From an uncultured Pseudomonadota bacterium (GTDB lineage: Bacteria > BMS3Abin14), in contig CAYVSA010000057.1 in NCBI GenBank assembly GCA_964454175.1, positions 1 to 12,018 on the forward strand: a stretch of DNA of 12,018 bases, read 5' to 3'. Positions within the stretch are counted from its first letter, which is position 1; each line of letters starts with the position of its first letter. Of the stretch, positions 7,354 to 12,018 are shown in pieces. Made by a program: the position numbers and the translations under genes. The notes beneath the pieces are model-generated. The model was not told the origin of the DNA. It saw nothing but the letters and a program-made list of their open reading frames with translations, and ran no database searches.

Positions 7354-7383
7354 TGACTTGCTCATGGCTTCCTTTATTTATTT
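7343..7383 (+). terminator. Intrinsic terminator in the fdh leader (attenuator)
   Basis: 14-bp stem AAAGGAAGCCGTGA / TCATGGCTTCCTTT (one G-U pair), 5-nt loop, running into TTTATTTATTT about 100 nt before the fdhA start. Confidence 0.75.
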
Positions 7384-7478
7384 GAGATCATGACCTTTTG
7401 AGGAAGGGAGGTTCAGGGGGCTGATCGGGGCGGCTTTCGGGCCGTAAATTTAATGTCTTAACCGTTACAGGAGAAAGG

Positions 7479-10400
7479 ATGGTGAAGGCTAGGATGAACG
7501 TAACCAGGAGAGATTTCTTAAAGATCTCTGGTGCCACAGTCTCAGGTGCGGCGCTGGGTGGTCTGGGTCTCAAGGGTACGGCCGCTGCTGCCGGAAGGTC
7601 AGGCAACGTTGCGGTAAAGTACTCCAGGGAGACCAATTCCATCTGTCCGTTCTGCGCCGTGGGATGCGGCATGGTCGTTCACTCCCACAACAACAAGGTG
7701 GTCAATATGGAGGGTGATCCGGACCATCCCATTAACATGGGTACCCTCTGTTCAAAGGCCCAGGCTCTCAGGCAGGTCTCTGAGAACCCGTGGCGGATCA
7801 CCAGTCCCCTTTACCGCGCGCCGAGAAGCAGCGAGTGGAAAGAGGTCAGTTGGGATTGGGCGTACAACGAGATCGCCAAAAGGATAAAGAAGAGCCGCGA
7901 TGCGGGCTTCACGAAAGTGAACTCCAGCGGTCAGGTAGTTAACCGAAACGACGGGATCGCATCCGTCGGTTCCGCCGCTCTGGATAATGAAGAGTGCTAC
8001 ATCCTCCAGAAGTGGCTTCGCGCCCTCGGCCTGGTGTATATCGAGCACCAGGCGCGCATATGACACAGCGCAACTGTAGCGGCTCTGGCAGAGTCGTTTG
8101 GGCGCGGCGCAATGACAAACCACTGGGTAGACATCCGTAATTCGGATGTGATCCTGGTGTCGGGCAGCAACGCTGCCGAGAATCATCCCATATCATTCAA
8201 GTGGGTGAAAAAGGCCATGGATAACGGGGCCAGGCTGCTTTCCGTGGACCCGAGGTTCACGAGGACTTCCTCCAAGGCTGATGTGTATGCACCTATGAGG
8301 TCCGGAACGGATATCGCCTTCCTCGGCGGTATGATCAAGTACATCCTGGACAACGAGCTGTATCACAAGGATTACGTGAGGCTCTACACAAACGGGCCAT
8401 TTATCCTCAACAGCAGTTTCAAGATGCCGGGAGACCTCGATGGTGTGTTTTCCGGATACGATCCCAAGAAGCGCAGCTACAACAAGAAGGCGTGGGCTTT
8501 TTCTGCGGACAGCAAAGGTGTAGTCAGAAAAGACCCGGACATGAAGGACCCCATGTGCGTCCTTCAGCTTCTCAGAAAGCACTTTTCAAGATATACGCTG
8601 GACAAGGTGTCGGCTATCACTGGTACGCCAAAGGACAAGCTGCTTGCTGTCTACAAGGAGTATGCGTCCACAGGCAAGGCCAACCGTACCGGTACGATCA
8701 TGTATGCCATGGGCTGGACCCAGCACACCGTGGGAACCCAGAATATTCGAACGATGGCAATGATCCAGCTGCTGCTGGGCAACATCGGGATGTCCGGAGG
8801 AGGGGTCAATGCCCTCAGGGGAGAGTCCAATGTTCAGGGCTCCACCGACCACTGCCTCCTGTTCCACATCCTGCCCGGCTATCTGAAGACTCCCAGGGCT
8901 TCCAACAGCACCTTCGCCAAATACAACGAGAAGTGGACACCAAAGACGAAAGAGCCGTATTCAGCAAACTGGTGGGGCAACTATCCCAAGTACAGCGCCA
9001 GCCTGATCCGGGCTCACTTCGGCACTGGTGCCGCCCTGTCAACTCAGTACCAGTGGCTGCCCAAGCTGGATGACGGTCAGAACGCTTCCTGGCTCATGCT
9101 GTTTGACGAGATGAGCAAGGGCAAGTTCACCGGATTCTTTGCATGGGGCCAGAACCCTGCCTGCTCCGGTTCCAACGCGGGAAAGGTTCGAAACGCCCTG
9201 GGAAAGCTGGACTGGATGGTCAACGTCAACCTGTTCGACAACGAGACGGGCTCCTTCTGGCGCGGACCTGGAGTAAATCCCTCGGAGATCAAGACCGAGG
9301 TGTTTTTACTTCCATGCGCCATGTCCTTCGAAAAGGAAGGCAGCATTACGAACAGCGGACGATGGGGTCAGTGGCGCTGGGCCGCAGTCAACGGACCCGC
9401 ACCGTCGGATTCGGAAATAATCAACGATCTCCAGTTCAGGGTCAGGAAGCTCTATGAGGAGCAGGGCGGCGTTTACCCCGACCCGATCCTCAACCTGGCG
9501 TGGGACTACGGTGCCAAGGGCCCAGACGGCAAAGTCAAGCGAGTGGATACGCACCTGATAGCCAAGGAGGTCAACGGATATTTCCTGGCCGACAAGGTTG
9601 TGAAAGGCAAACAGTTCAAGAAGGGCGACCTTGTGCCGTCCTTTGCCTTCCTTCAGGACGACGGATCCACATCCTCGGGTAACTGGCTGTATTGCCAGTC
9701 TTACAATGGCGATGGGAATAACATGGCCCGCAGGAGCACTTCCGATCCTTCCGGCATCGGCCTCTTTCCCAAGTGGTCATGGTGCTGGCCCGTCAACAGG
9801 AGGATCATCTACAATCGTGCCAGCGTGGACGAGTACGGTAAGCCCTGGGCTCCTCACAAGCCTGTCGTTTACTGGAACGGGAAGAAGTGGATCGGCGATG
9901 TTCCCGATGGCGGATGGCCTCCGCTTCGCAAGGCTGACGGCACGTGGAACGAGAAGACCAAGCTGGCCTACATCATGAAGCCTCACGGAGTCGGTCACCT
10001 CTTTGGCCCCGGCAGGGCGGAAGGTCCGTTCCCGGAGCACTACGAGCCTCTCGAGTGCCCCATCCAGACAAATCTCATGAACAAGCAGAGGATCAACCCG
10101 GTGGCCAAGATCTTCACGGGCAAAGAGGATGTGTTCCTCACCTGCGATGACCGGTATCCAATAGTGGCCACCACGTACCGCGTCACTGAACACTGGCAGA
10201 CCGGAGTTCTTACGCGATGGCTGCCCTGGCAGGCCGAGATGCAGCCGGCAAACTTCTGCGAGATCAGCAGAGAGCTTGCAAAAGAAAAGGGCATCAAGAA
10301 CGGGGATAAGGTAGTCGTTTCCTCGGCCAGAAACAAAGTCGATGCCATCGCGGTCGTCACAATGCGGTTCAAACCCTTCAAGATCGCGGGCAACACGGTG

Positions 10401-10586
10401 CATCAGGTCGGACTTCCGTGGTGCTTCGGTTGGGCAACAACCGAAAACGGGGTGAAGGCAAACAACATACCTTACAGCAATCCGACATTCGGTGATTCGT
10501 CGAACCTGCTGACTCCGTCGGTCGGTGACGCAAACACAATGATTCCAGAGACGAAGGCCTTTATGGTCAACGTCGTGAAAGCCTAG
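7479..10586 (+). CDS. fdnG: Selenocysteine-containing formate dehydrogenase alpha subunit (FdnG/FdhA type), 1035 aa, Sec195
   Basis: Track ORFs 7479-8063 and 8112-10586 are in frame and joined by TGA at 8061-8063: EHQARI-U-HSATVAALAESFGRGAMTNHW. Tat motif TRRDFLK; CPFCAVGC...LCSK; ALRGESNVQG; TTYRVTEHWQTG; PETKAF. AGGAG RBS; alternative start ATG 7494. Confidence 0.96.
8064..8098 (+). promoter_or_regulatory. Bacterial SECIS element
   Basis: Hairpin AGCGGCUCU-GGC-AGAGUCGUU (8078-8098) with a G-containing apical loop about 23 nt after the in-frame UGA. Confidence 0.8.
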
Positions 10587-10602
10587 AAAGGGGGTGATTT
10601 GA

Positions 10603-11436
10603 GTGGCTGATAAAATGATCGTTGTTGATACTTCAAGGTGTACTGCCTGCCGCGGCTGCCAGACAGCCTGCAAGCAGTGGAATAACCTATCAGCGGTTCG
10701 GACATCGAACCGCGGCGGCTACGAGAACCCCCCTGACCTCGGGTACAATACGTACCTGAAGATCCGCTTTAATGAGATCGAGTCAGGCGGAGAGGTCAAG
10801 TGGCTGTTCGGTCAGGCGAGGTGTATGCACTGCTCTGACGCAGGATGCATGAAAGCGTGTCCGGTTCCCGGCGCCATCACCCGCGACTCAAACGGGGCTG
10901 TGGTTATTAATCAGAACCTGTGCACAGGCTGCAAGTACTGTGTGTTCGGGTGCCCCTTCGAGATACCCAGGTATGATATGGGGAATGCGGAAGGCTACGG
11001 CAAGGACAAGGCCTTCAAGTGCACCATGTGTGCAGACAGGCAGGGACTGGGAATGTCTCCGGCCTGCACCAAGACCTGTCCCACGGGCGCCCTGTCTTTC
11101 ACCGACAGGTCAAAGCTGCCCGGTATTGCAGCTGGCGCCAAGAAGGCGGGAATGACCGTCTACGACGGCGGTGCTCTTCAGACCAATGTTGTCTTTCTCC
11201 TCGAGGATAAGGCTTCTGCTTATGGTCTGCCCGCCAAACCGTCCATTCCGACACCAACCTACCTGTGGCGCACAGTCATGAAGCCGGTTGGCGTGGCGGC
11301 ATTCGTCCTCGGGATCCTGGCAGCGATAACGCACCTGGTGACCGTTGGCCCCAAGGAAGTGGACGAAGGTGATGACGCCCCCGGCTCATCGCCATATCAG
11401 GGAGGAGGTGGCAGCGATGTCTCATCATCTAATTAA
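10603..11436 (+). CDS. fdnH: Formate dehydrogenase beta (iron-sulfur) subunit with C-terminal membrane anchor
   Basis: 277 aa, GTG start, GGGGGTG RBS. Four Cys clusters (CTACRGCQTAC, CMHCSDAGCMKAC, CTGCKYCVFGC, CTMC...PACTKTC). TM helix 'PVGVAAFVLGILAAITHLVTVGP'. Confidence 0.93.
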   Translation: MADKMIVVDTSRCTACRGCQTACKQWNNLSAVRTSNRGGYENPPDLGYNTYLKIRFNEIESGGEVKWLFGQARCMHCSDAGCMKACPVPGAITRDSNGAVVINQNLCTGCKYCVFGCPFEIPRYDMGNAEGYGKDKAFKCTMCADRQGLGMSPACTKTCPTGALSFTDRSKLPGIAAGAKKAGMTVYDGGALQTNVVFLLEDKASAYGLPAKPSIPTPTYLWRTVMKPVGVAAFVLGILAAITHLVTVGPKEVDEGDDAPGSSPYQGGGGSDVSSSN

Positions 11437-12018
11437 GCGCTTCACCTCCAGTGAGAGGTGTGTGCACTGGATAAACATGCTGGCTTTCATAGTCCTGGCC
11501 CTTACGGGTCTTGGTCTTTACAGCCATTCGTTCTTCGGTCTGACCTCCATCTTCGGCGGTGTGGACATGTCCAGGACCATCCACCATTTTACTGGCCTGG
11601 TGTTCATTGTCACTACACTGCTTATTTTCTTCCAGTGGTTGAAGGACTACTCGGCTGCTGCCGACGACTCCCTTGGAACTGTGATAAGCAGTTACATGGA
11701 TCACGACTTCAAGGGCCCTGCATCCGGCAAGCTTAACGCCGGCCAGAAGCTTCTTGGCTACACTGTGTTTTTATTCGGTGTTGTCATGGCGCTCACCGGT
11801 CTTGCGATGTGGTATCCGACAGTCCTTGGCCGAGGTATGCAGCAGTGGATGTATTTCCTGCACAACTTCGTGTTCACCCTGTTTATGCTGCTTATGGTGC
11901 TCCACGTCTACCTTGGTACAGCCGGCAACCCCGGAACATGGCGAGCCATGTCGAAGGGGACGGTTACCAAGGCTTGGGCGAAGAAGCATCATGGGGCGTG
12001 GGATGGTGAAGAAGCGTA
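11417..12018 (+). CDS. fdnI: Formate dehydrogenase gamma subunit (cytochrome b); stop codon probably cut by the window edge
   Basis: Not in the ORF track. GGAGGAGG RBS, ATG 11417: MSHHLIKRFTSSERCVHWINMLAFIVLALTG...RTIHHFTG...GKLNAGQK...FLHNF...VLHVYL...AMSKGTVTKAWAKKHHGAW. Four hydrophobic segments with heme His ligands. 200 codons, then 'TA' at the window end. Overlaps fdnH by 20 nt. Confidence 0.93.
   Translation, partial: MSHHLIKRFTSSERCVHWINMLAFIVLALTGLGLYSHSFFGLTSIFGGVDMSRTIHHFTGLVFIVTTLLIFFQWLKDYSAAADDSLGTVISSYMDHDFKGPASGKLNAGQKLLGYTVFLFGVVMALTGLAMWYPTVLGRGMQQWMYFLHNFVFTLFMLLMVLHVYLGTAGNPGTWRAMSKGTVTKAWAKKHHGAWDGEEA

Noticed and set aside
7430-7445. Small UUCG hairpin in the downstream leader
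   Set aside because: Short stem with no U-tract that does not cover the RBS; no function can be supported.
7479-10586. fdhA as a pseudogene or two separate genes
   Set aside because: The stop is an in-frame UGA at the Sec ligand position followed by a SECIS hairpin.
9777-10673. 298-aa antisense ORF and the other overlapping track ORFs
   Set aside because: They shadow well-supported genes, lack recognisable motifs and are expected from GC-rich codon bias.

Overview
Bacterial formate dehydrogenase (FDH) locus; the FdhA sequence resembles Desulfovibrio-type enzymes, but taxonomy is inferred only. Gene order: exported protein with two DUF1573-like domains (+); DUF721/DciA-like gene (-); two translationally coupled GntR/FCD regulators (+) behind a palindromic operator; an intact, Tat-exported FdhA paralogue with Cys at the Sec position, His->Arg and loss of the catalytic Arg; fdhE; a structured leader; then the FDH operon. 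That operon has a selenocysteine alpha subunit (UGA at 8061-8063 plus SECIS, split into two ORFs by the track), a membrane-anchored beta subunit and a cytochrome b gamma subunit missing from the track. The most notable signal is the leader at 7261-7383. It folds like a Moco/Wco (molybdenum/tungsten cofactor) riboswitch lacking P3, and its P1 3' strand is also the left arm of an intrinsic terminator, which predicts a cofactor-activated (ON) transcription switch. All family assignments come from recalled motifs, not database searches.
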